DNA of 64,000 nt from Blastocladiella emersonii ATCC 22665 (Eukaryota; Fungi; Blastocladiomycota). Within the stretch, counting starts at the first letter, position 1. Each line of letters starts with the position of its first letter. A program made the position numbers and the translations under genes. The stretch lies in assembly GCA_025594325.1 (NCBI GenBank), contig JANHCV010000001.1, positions 496,001-560,000 of the forward strand. The letters are read 5' to 3'. Under the pieces are notes generated by a model. That model did no database searches. It was not told where the DNA came from and saw nothing but the letters and a program-made list of their open reading frames with translations. Positions 41,501 to 53,498 of the stretch are shown piece after piece.

Positions 41501-43362
41501 TCACTCCCACAGCATCCGCAGAAACGCGAGGATGAACGCAAGTTCGTCAGCCCACTGCGTGGCCAGCACCAAGCAGCCGCCGGCGTTCTTGTGCTCGTTC
41601 TTGATCGTCGGGACGTTTTGGAGCCCCTTGACGAGCGACTTGGTCACGACGAGGGTCAGGAGCGCGGTCTCGCTCGCGACACACTCTGCCACCGCAATCT
41701 CGACGGATTCCGTCGCCTGCTTGTCGCCGAGGCCCAGAACGCCGTAACTCGGCTGATCCGCCGCGGGTACCTGCTTGCAGACCTTTGCCGCGGTCAGCTT
41801 GTGGTCCAGGTCGGCGTAATCGGCCGAGAGGATGCGCGCGTAGGTGTCGCGGATCGCGAGGTACGCGTCGAGGCGCGGCTTGACAACGTGGTAGCTGACC
41901 ACATCGGCGGGAGGAGCGGGCAGACCAAGAAGCTCGGCGACGGATATCGTCAACTCTTCCGCAGCGTCGGCCGAGATCTGGTCCGGTGCGTAAATGCGCA
42001 CCGCGTACCGCCACCGCTTGCTGGATGCCCGCGCGGCGAGAACGATGCGCACAACACTATCGCACCACGCGGAGGACAGGACGTAGACGGCGACCCTCGC
42101 AGGGGTGGAAGTGGAGGTCGCGGGCAGGTCGTGCGGCAGCAAGCGGAGGATGTCGTACGAGTCCTTGCTGAATGGCAGGGCCGCCGTTGATACCGCGGAC
42201 TTGCACATGGCCTCCATGAGAGGAGTCGGGTCGCGGCCAGAAAGCGACCTACACACGCGGAAAGGGTCAGCATGGTGCTCCAGCGGCAGCGAAGTCCAAT
42301 CCGACGCGTACACGTCGTTGAAGAAAGCCCGAGAGAGCGCGTCCATGGGGCTCGCTGGTTGCCGAACCGGGGCACCGCGCGGGCCCGACCTGCGAGGAGT
42401 GATCCACCGAACGCTTTGCGCCATTTGGCTCCGTGTGACACAGTCCAAGTCAGGCAGGCAATCATTTTGCTGGTTGGAAGCAGGACCACGCGGCACGAGT
42501 TTCACGGTCGTGTTCACCTGGCTGAGAGCCCGAGCGCGGCGCAACAAAGGCTTTTGATGTGGCGGAGCGGCGGGGAGTTGGTGAGAGTTCACGCCCGCGG
42601 CGGCTTGAGCTGCATCGGCCGGGTCTGCAGGCAGGGCAAGGGCAGGGCCTGGGCCCACGCCGCCACCCGCGGACGCGGCGGAAGGGCCTGGGCCCGGGTC
42701 TGGCCCACGTTGGCGCCTGCGAACTCGGACACGGGGGCACCTGCTGCGGCCCGCGTCGCGCCCGGCGAACCGGTGGCTTTCGCCTCGTGCGGGGCAGCCG
42801 ATGGGGCGGGTCCGGTGCCGATCTGCGGACCGGGCGGCGCCTTACCCTTGCGCCGAGCGCGGCGCCTGAACTTGGGATTGGCCTTACCCGGCGGGCCCGC
42901 GTCCTGGAACTCGGGCGCCGCGGAGTGTGGCGCAGGCGCCGCCACAGCTTGGCCGGGGTCTTGACGACCAGCCGGGACCCCGCCGGCCACTTTTGCGCGC
43001 TTTTGCGGACGCCCGCCGTCACCTGGAGTAGATGAGGGAGCGGAACCCGCAGCAGACGAGGGAGCGGAACCCGCAGCAGACGAGGGAGCGGCCGGCGGGT
43101 CGAACGCGGCCGTGCGGTCGCGCTTGGCCCGGCCCGGTTCGCGCGAGCCGCCGCGCGAGAACGAGGCTGCGCGCGCGGAACTGGGTCGTCCGGGCACGGT
43201 TGAAGGCGGCGCCGTCTTTCCATTGGCGACGGCGGCGCGGGCCGCAGCCGCGGCCGGGTCGGCCGGGTCGGCGCGCGAGGCACTCGGATTCCGCGACCCG
43301 CCCTTGGGCTTTGGCGTCTTGGACGCGGGCGTCGCGTCGTCGCGCGGCACTGGCGGCTCCAT
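41501..43362 (-). CDS. Orphan gene in two overlapping frames (42589-43362 low complexity; 41501-42658 globular); junction unresolved (frameshift or intron)
   Basis: Two consecutive same-strand ORFs; ATG at 43362. Confidence 0.45.
43030..43091. repeat. 24-bp tandem repeat AGAYGAGGGAGCGGAACCCGCAGC x2.6
   Basis: Read directly; encodes APSSAAGS-type repeats on the minus strand. Confidence 0.9.
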
Positions 43363-44189
43363 TGCAGCAATCTAAGATGGGGATCGGCTCAGCGTCGCCG
43401 CGCCCTTGTCGCGCTCGCTCGTCCGACGCGCGGGCGTGTGGTGCTGCTTGCTCGCTGTAACGTGACGTGCGATCCCACCCACCTTGCTCGCATCCAGCCC
43501 GCTACGTCGCAATCGACTCCATCGAGCTTGGTCGACCTAGTCTACGCTCTCCTTGCAACTGTCTGAACTGCATCCGCTTGTGCGGCAGCAGTCGCGGCCT
43601 GCAACCAACACTCTCTCGCTTGCTGCGCAAGGGCCGTGGGTTGCGCGCAGATCCGCCTCTCGAGCGGCGGCAAGCGCAATGGCGATGCTAGGTGCCAACT
43701 GCTTCCATGCCGCGCAAGGTGAGGCAGGCGACCGAGCAGGGACCGGTGATGCACGCGGGTCGAGACGCGAGGTGCGCGATGAGGCGCGAGTGCACCCAAA
43801 TCGGTCGCTCTCGAAGTGACTTGCTTGCCCGCGCCACCGCGCTCCCAGTGTGATCGGGAGCCGCCGCTGCTTGCTCCATCAGTATCGCCGTCACACCCTG
43901 GCGCTACTCTCACTCGGCAACCATAAGATTGAGTGAAAATCTCATGTACGGGCGCTGAAGCACGCGGGTCGGCGACGTGGTCCCTGCCGGCGAGGTTGCG
44001 TCGCGCGGCGATCGTCCATCAGTGGTCATGAATGTTCGCTGGACGCGTTTAAGTCATGGACATTGTATAATGCTGGATCTCGTGCTGCAAGCGAAGCTTG
44101 TTCGCTCTCGCCTGAGTGCGGGAGCGACGTCAAGGGCCTGTCCCGATTGGCCACCAAGGTCGCAGGCTTGCACGCGATCCGAGCGACCA

Positions 44190-47100
44190 CCTCCATGTGA
44201 GCGAATCCTGCACAAGTTCGTCGCGGCGCGCGCGGCGTGCGACATGGACGCGGCCCGCCGCCGCCTCTAGGAGCGCATTGACGCGCGCGACGACCAGTTT
44301 GAGCACAAGCTGCGCTGGTTCATCAACTCGGCGAAGCAGACCAAGCGCACGCAGGCGACCATCGACCACGTCCAGTGCCCCGCCTCGCCCGACGGCGACG
44401 ACGGCGCTGGGGACGGCCCGATCATCACGCGCGAGCCCGACGAGGTCGAGCGTGTCGTCGCCGAGCAGGTCCAGGGCTGGTTCAGCCGATACGAGGACGG
44501 CGACGGCGACCCTGACGCGCAGCTGCCCGGCCGGTGGCAGCACGCGTTTGCGCCGCTCCAGCACATCATCGACGACGTGTGGGACGGGCTCATGGCCGCG
44601 CCGACGCACAAGGAGCTCGCCGACGTGCTCGCCGCGTTGGGCAAGGACAAGGCGCCGGGCGACACCGGGCTCACGGTCCGGCTCCTCGAGCAGGCCGGCG
44701 AGAAGACGCACACGGTGCTTGCCCTGCTCGCGGCGTGCCTGCGCACGCGGTCCGCGCCCGCGTCGTGGAAGACGGGCCTCATCTACCTGAACCCCAGGAC
44801 GAGCGCCGGGTTCACGGGCAACGCGACCAACTCGCGCCCCATCACGCTGCTCGAGACCGCGTCCAAGATGCTCATGAAGATCCTGCTCGAGCGCAAGCAC
44901 CCGGTCCTGCGCGAGCACGACGTCCTGCAGGGCGCGCGGTACTTGGCGATCCCGGGCACCGACACGACGACGCCGATCGCGATCCTGCACGCCGCCGCGC
45001 TCAAGGCGCGCATCGAGGACGGTCCGCTCTGGGCCTACTTTGAGGACAAGTCCAAGGCGTTCGACTCGGTGCCGCACGCCCTGCTCAAGCGCGCCATGCG
45101 GCGCATCCGGCTGCCGCCCGAGTTCGTCGACTTCTACTTTGACGGCATGCTGCACGGGCGCACGGCGCGCGTGCTCACGGCGTACGGCCTGTCGGACGAG
45201 GTCCGCATCGAGCGCGGGTTCCCGCAGGGCGCCGTCGAGTCGCCGCTGCTGTGGAACCTCTTCTACGACGTGTGCCTGTGCGAGGTCAACCGGCTCACGG
45301 TCGAGACGGGCGACGCCGACCACGACGAGGACGCGCGCGGGTTCGGCATCACGCTCGAGGCCGGGTCGGGGCTGCGCCACGTCGGGCCCAACCGCGGGTT
45401 TGCGGCGCCGCCGTTCACGTTTCGCGCGTCGCACCGCCAGCTCGACACGCTCCGCGTCGCCGCCGTCGCCTACATGGACGACGCCGTCTTCTATGCATCC
45501 GACCGAGACCACCTGCAACGCATCGTAGAAATTGTGGACGACTTCAACCGGCTCACGCGCATCAACGCGAACCCGGCCAAGGGTGCGGTCCTCCGCATGC
45601 TCTCCAAGTGGGACGGCGGCGCGCTCACGGGCGGGCCCAACGACCCGCAGAACGCGCCCCTCGTCGTGCGCGGCGTCGCCGTCCCCTGGGTCGGCAAGTC
45701 GTTCCGCTACCTGGGCGTGTTCATTGACCACGCCATGCTCGGCCGCGAAGCAGCCAACACGTGCCTCGCCGAGGCGCGCAAGGGCCTCGCCCTGCTCAAG
45801 GACCGCCGCATCACGGGCAAGGCCGCCGTGTACCTGCTCAACGCCGTCTTCTTCCCCGCCGCGGCGTACCGCTCGCTGTTCCGCGTGCCGTCGCTCGCGC
45901 AGCTCGACCGCATCGACCAGTCGGCGCGCGCGCTCGTGCGCCGCAAGTACAAGCTGCCCAACACGTTCCCCACGGCCATGCTGCACGACCGCGACATCAT
46001 CGGCCTGCACTCGCTCGCCGACCTGATCACGCAGCAGCACGTCACCGACCTGTGCGTCATGCTCAACGACCCGCTCCCGCACGGCGTGCCCGCGCGCTAC
46101 GAGCTCGGCATCCTCCAGTTCCGGACGCAGTGCGCGTTCTCGCCGCTCGAGCGGCCCGACCTCGCGCTCGTGCCCATGTCCAACCAGCTGCCGTGCGTGT
46201 GGTTCGACAACCTGCTGCTGCTCATGCAGCGGCGCAAGATGTCGATCGTCGACCGCCGCCGCGACTACAACCTCATCGTCCCCGGCAACTGCACGCCCAC
46301 GGTCCTCGTCGTGCCTGACATGACGCTGCGCGGCAAGAAGAACCAGGACCGCGTCTGGACCAAGAACCTGATCCGGTGGCTGCCCCTGTACACGCTCGAG
46401 ACGCTGCTCGAGTACCCGCCCGACAACGACGACGGCCTCACCGGGCGCAACTACACGCTGCCGATGCTCCGCCGCATGGCGACCAAGAACGTGCAGCAGC
46501 TCGTCAAGGAGTTCCGCGTGCCGCTCACGGACAACGGCAACGCGCGCATGAACGCCGACGACCGCGACGTCGCCCGGATCCTGATCGACGTGGCGAACCG
46601 CAACCACGCCCGGATCACGGAAATCAGCCACGGCCAGGAAATGTACCCGCCCGCGCTGCCCATGGACGACGACCCGCCCGCGCCCGCCGGCGCGCCGCCG
46701 CTCGTCTTCCGCCACACCCGCCCCCGCCCCCGCCCCGCCGCCGCGCTCGCCGATCCTGTCCGCGCCGTCGGGTTCCAGATCATGCCCACCCCGAGCAACG
46801 TCGTCGTCGCGTACACGGACGGCTCGTACTACGCGGACCGCCCGGGACCTGAGGGCGTCGCGCGCGGGCTCCGCCGCCGCGTTCCCGCTACCCGACGGCT
46901 ACGACACGGCCACGCTTCGCCGCCGAGTGCCGCGCGGCCGCCAACTGCGTCACGGACGACGACATGGGCCACATCGCCGCCGCAAAGCTCCCGCCCGGCC
47001 CGTTCTCGTCGACGCGCGCCGAGATTCACGCGTTCGTCCTCGCCGTGTCGCAGGTCGCCGCCGGGACCGCGCTGCACATCTACTCGGACTCGCAGGCCGC

Positions 47101-47700
47101 CATCGAGGCCGCGCGCACACAGCTCTCGCCGATGGCGACGGTGCGCCAGCGCGTCCGGTGCGCGTCGAACGACCTGTCGTCCGCGCTCCGCCTCGCAATG
47201 CGCGACCGCAACGTCACGGTCACATTCTCGTGGGTCTGAGGCCACGCCGACGACCAGACCACGCCCAACAACGTCGCCGACCGCGCCGCCAAGACCGCGG
47301 CGAACCGGCCGCCCGCCACCGACGCGTATTTTTCGAAACACACGCTCACCGAGTCGGACCTCCACCACGTCCCCGCCTTTTTCGATTACGAGATTGGCGG
47401 CGACCCGCGCAAGTTCATGTGCGACCTCGCTCAGGCCGAGTGCCGCGACGCGGTGCTCGCCGATAACGTGGCGCACCTCAAGCTCGCGCAGCCGCCGCCG
47501 CCGCCGCCGCCCGAGCCCGCCGCTGCTGCAGCCGACGCCGTAGCAGCTGCGAATCCCACCGCCGCCCAGGCCGAGATGCTCGACTGGGAGGCGACCGCGC
47601 TCGCGCTCCACGGCGGGTCGCGCTCGCTCGTGCGCCGCTCCTCGTCCGACGAGATCAAGAAGACGTAGGTCCGCGTGCGCGCTCGCCAAGCGGCTGCCGC
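44190..47700 (+). mobile_element. Decayed non-LTR retrotransposon (LINE) fragment: RT + RNase H, 5'-truncated, with stops and frameshifts
   Basis: RT motifs APGDTG, RPITLLET..K, DKSKAFDSV, GFPQGAVESPLLW, AYMDD, FRYLGV. RNase H motifs YTDGS, RAEIHA, YSDSQAAI, V*GH..NNVADRAAK. Stops at 44268, 47237 and 47666; frameshifts near 46860-46920. Confidence 0.93.
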
Positions 47701-47802
47701 GCCGCCACTCGCTGCACTCGGCGGTCGGCGATCCCGAACCTCGATCGTCGCTTCCTCACGTTCCCGCAGAGCGACTTCAAGTCGTCGCGGCGCTCGTGCG
47801 AC

Positions 47803-48339
47803 GTGACCAACTCGCTCTTCCAGCGCAATCCCGTGCTCGAGGTGCGCAGGCCCCGATCCGCCGTATCACCGAAGCGTGGCTTACGCACCTCACGTCCGTC
47901 AGCACGAGAAACACATGCACTGGTCTTCGTCGCCCGCACGCCGACCGACGCGCTACTCGGGCTCGAGCTGGTGCACCTCGACACTACCACGCTTTCCGCC
48001 GACCACGACGCCGCGGTAACTGGCCGCATCGCAGTGTTCTCGACCACGGCCTGCGAGGCGAACGCTGCCGGGCTGCAGCGACTGTACGGGAACGATCTCC
48101 TGCAGTTCGCTGACGTCCTCACCCTCACGGCAGTCCGCGTGCCCGACTGCGCCATCTCTCGCGTCGCGTATGCAGCGCGACGCAAGTCCCTGAACGGCAT
48201 GACCGCTGCCGTCGACGCGTCCCTGACGGGAGATGACGAGCTGACGAGAATTAAGCATAATACACATGTTCGTAATGTTTGGTCGCCGCTTCCTTTATCA
48301 ACCAGCGGCGGGAGCTGCGCGTTGCTGCGCCACGGCTGA
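47803..48339 (+). CDS. Possible small orphan ORF or gene remnant
   Basis: 178-aa ORF with a GTG start and no recognised motif; overlaps the 3' end of the NYN gene. Confidence 0.2.
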   Translation: MTNSLFQRNPVLEVRRPRSAVSPKRGLRTSRPSARETHALVFVARTPTDALLGLELVHLDTTTLSADHDAAVTGRIAVFSTTACEANAAGLQRLYGNDLLQFADVLTLTAVRVPDCAISRVAYAARRKSLNGMTAAVDASLTGDDELTRIKHNTHVRNVWSPLPLSTSGGSCALLRHG

Positions 48340-50007
48340 GCCACCGCCGCAAGCTTCGCAGGTCGCTCGTTTCCGCGATCCCGAGTGAGCCTGATGCGTA
48401 TATCCAGAACCATCGTGTATAGCGGATTTTCTACTCACCGTCGGCCACCAGCCCGCCCATGCACATCTGAGCCCAAGCCCCGAAAACGACGGCCGCGTTC
48501 GCCGAGTGGACACAGAAGGCCCAGCAACCGCCGTGTTGCAGGACCATCGACTCCATGAGGCGGAAGGAGCCGTCGCCTGACACGAGGATCGCGGGCTGCT
48601 TCCGGAGCTTTTCGCGGCGGTCCACGAGCTCGAGGACGACCTTGTAGTCGGCGATTTCCTTCTGGTTCATGTAGCTCAGGTCGGGCTTGATATACTTGAG
48701 ACCCTTGAGCTTCTCGTGCGTCTACACAGCCGCGTGGGTTAATCTACTACTGACGGTGTGGAGGCGCACGCCCGTACCTTGGCGGCGACTGAGTACGCAA
48801 GAGCGTACAGTCGCGTCTCAAGCGGCTCCTTGTCGAAGGCGGCGAGCTGTGCCTTGTCGGCGGGAACAATGTTGTCGAGATCCCACGCAACGAAGATGCG
48901 CGGGCGCGGGCCGCCAGTGAGCGCACCAAGCGGCGTACAGCACTGGATCAGAAGGTCGACCATAGCACGTCGCGCGCGGCGGCCGATCATGTCGACACCC
49001 TTCTTGATCAGCGCGTGAGTCAAGGCCGTGGCATCGATATCGTGATCACTCAGCGCATCGCAGAGCAGCTGGGACTCGTCGGAGACCTTGCCCTTGCCCG
49101 GTCCAGAAGCAAGGCCGGCGGAAGCATCGGTACCAAGAACGTGTCGCTCCATAACGTCGTCGGACACCGAGATCATGTACAGCTGCACGAAAGAGAACTT
49201 GTTGGCAGAGATCTCGATGCCCGCCGCATGTAGAACGAGGTGAGCGCGCGCCAGTTCGATCAAGTAGATGATGAGAGCGGGCGACCGCATGCCGTACAGA
49301 TCGATGTGGTCGCTCTTGCGCTTGCGCTTCTGAGCTTTGGTAAGCGTTGCGGGCGTTGATTCGAGCAGCAGCTTGATCTGGGTAAGCAGGATCGGTACGT
49401 CGGAGCGCTTCCACTTGGGATTACCGGGCGCCGTCGTGAAGAGACGCCGCATGTGGCCGACGCAGACCTTCGAGTCAGACGACCGGTGTTCGAGGGTGCA
49501 CACGTCTATCTCGAACTTACCTGCGTACTCGATGTAGCAAGGAGAAGGATTCGCGGGACGAGGAGGAAGACCCGACTGTTGACGTTGCGCGGCATCCTTG
49601 TGGTCGTCGAAAACGCGAAGCACATTGAGCTGATGCTTGGCGGCGCCATGTGCAAGAAGCTGGCACGTGTGGATTTGCGCGTCCACGGGGGTCTGCGTGT
49701 CACCAAGCAGGGCGCTCGAAGTCGACTCGAGCACCTCGGGGAACTCGGGGTCCTGCGCGTCCACGGGCGCGAAAATGGGCCGCATCGCAGCCCGGTGAGC
49801 GGCCTGGGCGTAGTCAAGAGTAGGCGCGGCCAGCTCTGCGTAGTTCGCGCCGTACAGAAGGAGGGCGGCGGTGGCGATGGTGCTGCAGATCGAAGGCTTC
49901 GGGTAGAGGCCGGGCTTGAACTTGTTCTGCGCCTTCGGCAGGTGACCGGACGCAAGGCACCGATTGACAAGAGCGCGGCGCGCGGGACGGAGGTGGTCCG
50001 GGGCCAC
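48251..50007 (-). CDS. NYN/PIN-like (LabA/DUF88-type) ribonuclease domain fused to an unknown N-terminal region; introns 48722-48777 and probably 48391-48438; 5' end uncertain
   Basis: Acidic motifs in the correct order across the intron: IFVAWDLDNI, QKEIADYKV, ILVSGDGSF. Confidence 0.7.
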
Positions 50008-50784
50008 ATTGGTAATCTGGGATAGACGGGCGGCCGAGGTCAGAAGTCGCTCGTATCGCGGCGCAGCTATAGAGGAAAAGAGATACCTTGTTCATGGTCA
50101 TGGTCGCGACGAGTCAAAAGTAGAAGATGCCGGGTTGAAAGTCGATGGTCTAGCGGTGCAGCAAGGAGTTGCACCGAGTTCTTGAGCAATATGCAAGTCT
50201 ATTTCATCCGATTCATGTGCAAGGTGCAGGACAAGCAGATTGGCTCGACGCGTCGAACGAGACGCGCGTCGCGTCGCGTCGCGGTGGCCTTGCGCACGTG
50301 AGCAATAAATATCCGGCGGTCGGAGAAAATTGGGCTGGCCGCGGCTCGGCCCTCGCTTCGCTTCTCCTCTCCCTTCTCGCGCTCTCCTCAACCCGACGAA
50401 ACGCAACCCGTGCAAGCTGACCAAGGAACGCACGCGCGGCGTTGTTGAGGGTGATGAGGCCTTGCTGACAGAGGAGTGTAGGCCGTGCTCGGATCCGTGG
50501 TCCTGCTGTGGATCGCCAGCGTCATGTACCTCGTGCTCTCGTTTGCGCCCGCCGCTGCGCCGACGCCGCAGGCTGGTCCTGCTGCCGGCAGCGCGTGAGC
50601 GGTGGATTGCGCTACTTGAAGAATATAGACACCATAGAGACTTCATCGCGGACTGAGCGTTTCGCGAGGGGAGGGAGACGGACGGGCAGCGACGCGCTCG
50701 TGGCCGGCTGTCTCCGTGTGGCTCAGCCTCTCCGCTGCTTTCCACCTTGAACCTCAACCAGCGCTCGCCGCACAACGTAACTCG

Positions 50785-51804
50785 ATGCATCTTCCACCCT
50801 CGGCCACGCGCGCCGCTGCCGCCGCCGCAGCAACGACAACACGGTGGCGCCCGCGCGCGCTCGTGCAGACGGCCATCACGAGCCCGTCGAACCCGACCGT
50901 CAAGCACCTCGCGAGCCTCGTCTCGAGCAAGCCGTACCGCCTCGAGCACGAGCAGCTCGTCGTCTTCGGCCGTTCCGCCATCAGCGACCTCGCGCGGCAC
51001 GCCGGGATCATCGTCGTCGCGACGTTCGGGTCCGGCCCGACCGCGGGCATCTCGCTCCCGGCCTCGCGCCGGCTACACCCGCCGCACACGCAGATCTCAC
51101 GCGAGGTCGCGCGCAAGATCGCGGGCACGGCGAGCGCGACGGCCGAGACGCTCGCGCTCGTTGACTTCCCCGCGTGGGCGTCGTCACGCTCGGCTTCAAC
51201 GCCGGCGCACGAGTGGCTCGCGGCGCACCTCCCGCCAACCGCACCGCGCCTGCTCGTGCTCAACGGGCTGCAGGACCCGGGCAACGTCGGCACGCTGTTC
51301 CGCACCGCGTCGGCCTTCGGCTGGCACGCCGTCGCGCTGACGGGCGCCGCGGCCGTCGACCCGTGGAACGATAAGGTCATGCGCGCGGCCAAGGCGACCG
51401 CGCTCGTTGTCCCGTGGCGCCGGCTCGATGACGGAGGCGAGGGGAAGGGGTGGGACGGCGTCGCGGAATGGTGCCGCCGCCAGTCGCGCGCGCCGAGGGT
51501 GTGGATCGCGGACACGGTCGTGGACGCAGCAGCGGCAGAAGCACCAGTACCGTCCGAGGAAGCCCCGCCAACCGTCCTGATCCTCAGCGGCGAGGCGCAC
51601 GGCGTCATGGGGAACCCGATCCCCGTCAGCGCGCTGGTCAATGCGGGCGCCGAGGTGCGCCGCGTCGCGGTACCGATGCCCGGCGGTGTCGCCGACAGCC
51701 TCAACGTGGCCATGGCCGGCAGCGTGCTCATGTGGGAGCTCTCGGTCCGCGGTAACGGCGGGCTGCAGGTGTCCAAGGCGACGACGGTGCCATGTCCGCG
51801 CTGA
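50785..51804 (+). CDS. TrmH/SpoU-family 2'-O RNA methyltransferase (MRM3/RNMTL1-like, possibly mitochondrial)
   Basis: ITSPSNPTVK, LQDPGNVGTLFRTASAFG, DPWNDKVMRA, LILSGEAHGV, DSLNVAMAG (SPOUT motifs 1-3). Confidence 0.92.
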   Translation: MHLPPSATRAAAAAAATTTRWRPRALVQTAITSPSNPTVKHLASLVSSKPYRLEHEQLVVFGRSAISDLARHAGIIVVATFGSGPTAGISLPASRRLHPPHTQISREVARKIAGTASATAETLALVDFPAWASSRSASTPAHEWLAAHLPPTAPRLLVLNGLQDPGNVGTLFRTASAFGWHAVALTGAAAVDPWNDKVMRAAKATALVVPWRRLDDGGEGKGWDGVAEWCRRQSRAPRVWIADTVVDAAAAEAPVPSEEAPPTVLILSGEAHGVMGNPIPVSALVNAGAEVRRVAVPMPGGVADSLNVAMAGSVLMWELSVRGNGGLQVSKATTVPCPR

Positions 51805-52151
51805 TTGTCGCTCGCAGCTCGAATACACAGATTTCAGTAAAGGCATTATCGGTTCCGCGAGCGTGATGGGATGCTCTTGAGAGGGCAGCAAAGACCGAAT
51901 CCCTGGCAACGATGAGGGAGGGGATCAGCCAGCGCGAGCTGACGGCGCCGTTCGCGCGCCGCGGCACAGCGACACAAGTCGCGACGCGTCGAGTTCACAC
52001 GTATCGCTCCGCTCCTCCCCGCCCCACTCACAACATCTCGCTGCTCCGCTACGCAAAACTCATGTAACTTGGCGCAACGCCCCCGAATTCTCTTGCTCGC
52101 TATCGGACCGCCAAACCATCGCACTGCCCGCGCCCCAAGTTTGCTTCCGCC

Positions 52152-53297
52152 ATGTCCCTCTTCTACCGCAACGTGTCCCTCGAACTGTTGTCCGTGAGCC
52201 CTGACGACGCCGATCACGGGGCGGTTGCAAGCACCAAGCGTGACGTTGAACGACTGGACACAATGCTTGCGAACGCCTTCTATGTCGCGCATGCTATGCC
52301 TGGCCGGTCTGACCTTGACGACTACCCTGGGTGTGCCGTATGGGCGTGCATACCCGACATCGACACGACGACATATTTGCTCCTCAAAAACAATTCTGGC
52401 TCTGCGTACATCGTCCATCTCATCTCGTGCGCGAGCGGCAAGCTCTTGGCCGAGTTCACGCTCGCATCGGATTGCGAGCCGAGCTATGTCAATCTTGGCG
52501 AGCTTGCCCAGCCCAAGTTTCCGCTGCGCATCGACTGGTGCCTTGCCGAAACGGCCGACCACGACAACTTTCGCCCAATTAACGGCAAGCTACTCGGGTT
52601 CTACTGGATTGGATTGACCGACGAGGTGTGCCCTGTTCTTTGCAGCAGCGAGCGCGAGATGCTTGCACCCGTTGTCGAAGCGGCTATCGCAGGGCTCCCG
52701 CCCCCGCCGGTCACCTCGGACTGCGAGCCCAGTCCTCTCATGGCGCAGGAGACCACCAAGCGCACATCCGATTACTGCCGGCGTCGCGGTCAAGTTACGC
52801 CATCTCGCGCCAATCTCGTAGTCAAGAGCAACTTTGACCAACGGAAGCGCGAGATCTCTATCGCTGGTCACTCCAGTGAGTTCCGCAACTTTCCGCAGTA
52901 CTGCATTGCCGCTGCTGCATCCGAGTCCGTCGCGCTTCCCACGCTCACGCTCGCGCCTGCTTCTCCGTCCATTGCTGTGCCTTCCAAGCGCAAGCGCTCC
53001 TCACCTCAGCGTTCCAACACCGAGGTTCCTTTGTTGCGCGATACTCTCCATTCCGGCACTACCAACTCCAGCGATGCAGCCAATGAACCGCATGGGGTCA
53101 AGACCACCGACCCGCTCATTACTTTGTCGACTTCTGCCGCTGCCGCTGCCCCCGCCGCTGCTGGCGTGGCTTCCAGCGCCAGTGGCAGTGCCAGCACCGA
53201 GCGAACGGGGTCGATGTCAATGCAGAAGCGGCCCCGGCTGAACAATGAGCAGCAGCGGCCGAAGACGCATGGTGGGGGGAAGACGAAATCGAAGTGA
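52152..53297 (+). CDS. Orphan protein; N-terminal half weakly resembles a WH1/EVH1 PH-like fold; basic low-complexity tail
   Basis: 381-aa ATG-initiated ORF with lower GC than the core genes. Confidence 0.55.
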   Translation: MSLFYRNVSLELLSVSPDDADHGAVASTKRDVERLDTMLANAFYVAHAMPGRSDLDDYPGCAVWACIPDIDTTTYLLLKNNSGSAYIVHLISCASGKLLAEFTLASDCEPSYVNLGELAQPKFPLRIDWCLAETADHDNFRPINGKLLGFYWIGLTDEVCPVLCSSEREMLAPVVEAAIAGLPPPPVTSDCEPSPLMAQETTKRTSDYCRRRGQVTPSRANLVVKSNFDQRKREISIAGHSSEFRNFPQYCIAAAASESVALPTLTLAPASPSIAVPSKRKRSSPQRSNTEVPLLRDTLHSGTTNSSDAANEPHGVKTTDPLITLSTSAAAAAPAAAGVASSASGSASTERTGSMSMQKRPRLNNEQQRPKTHGGGKTKSK

Positions 53298-53498
53298 AAG
53301 AACATCAGACGGAGGAGCTTTGCATTGGTGCACCCTGATGGCGAGCTTTGATTATGGCGGCCAGCTTCCTCCCATCTGTTTGTTTTGAATATCAATGCAC
53401 ACACCTTGACTCGGAGAGTGAGCCTTGATCGCTCATGTCTCGGCAGTAGGCGGCTCTCAATGGATATTGAGACAGACCTCAATTTGAGGTTTCAACGA

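Noticed and set aside
44130-46715. 861-aa antisense ORF over the LINE RT
   Set aside because: It mirrors the strong codon bias of the sense RT frame and has no domain motifs.
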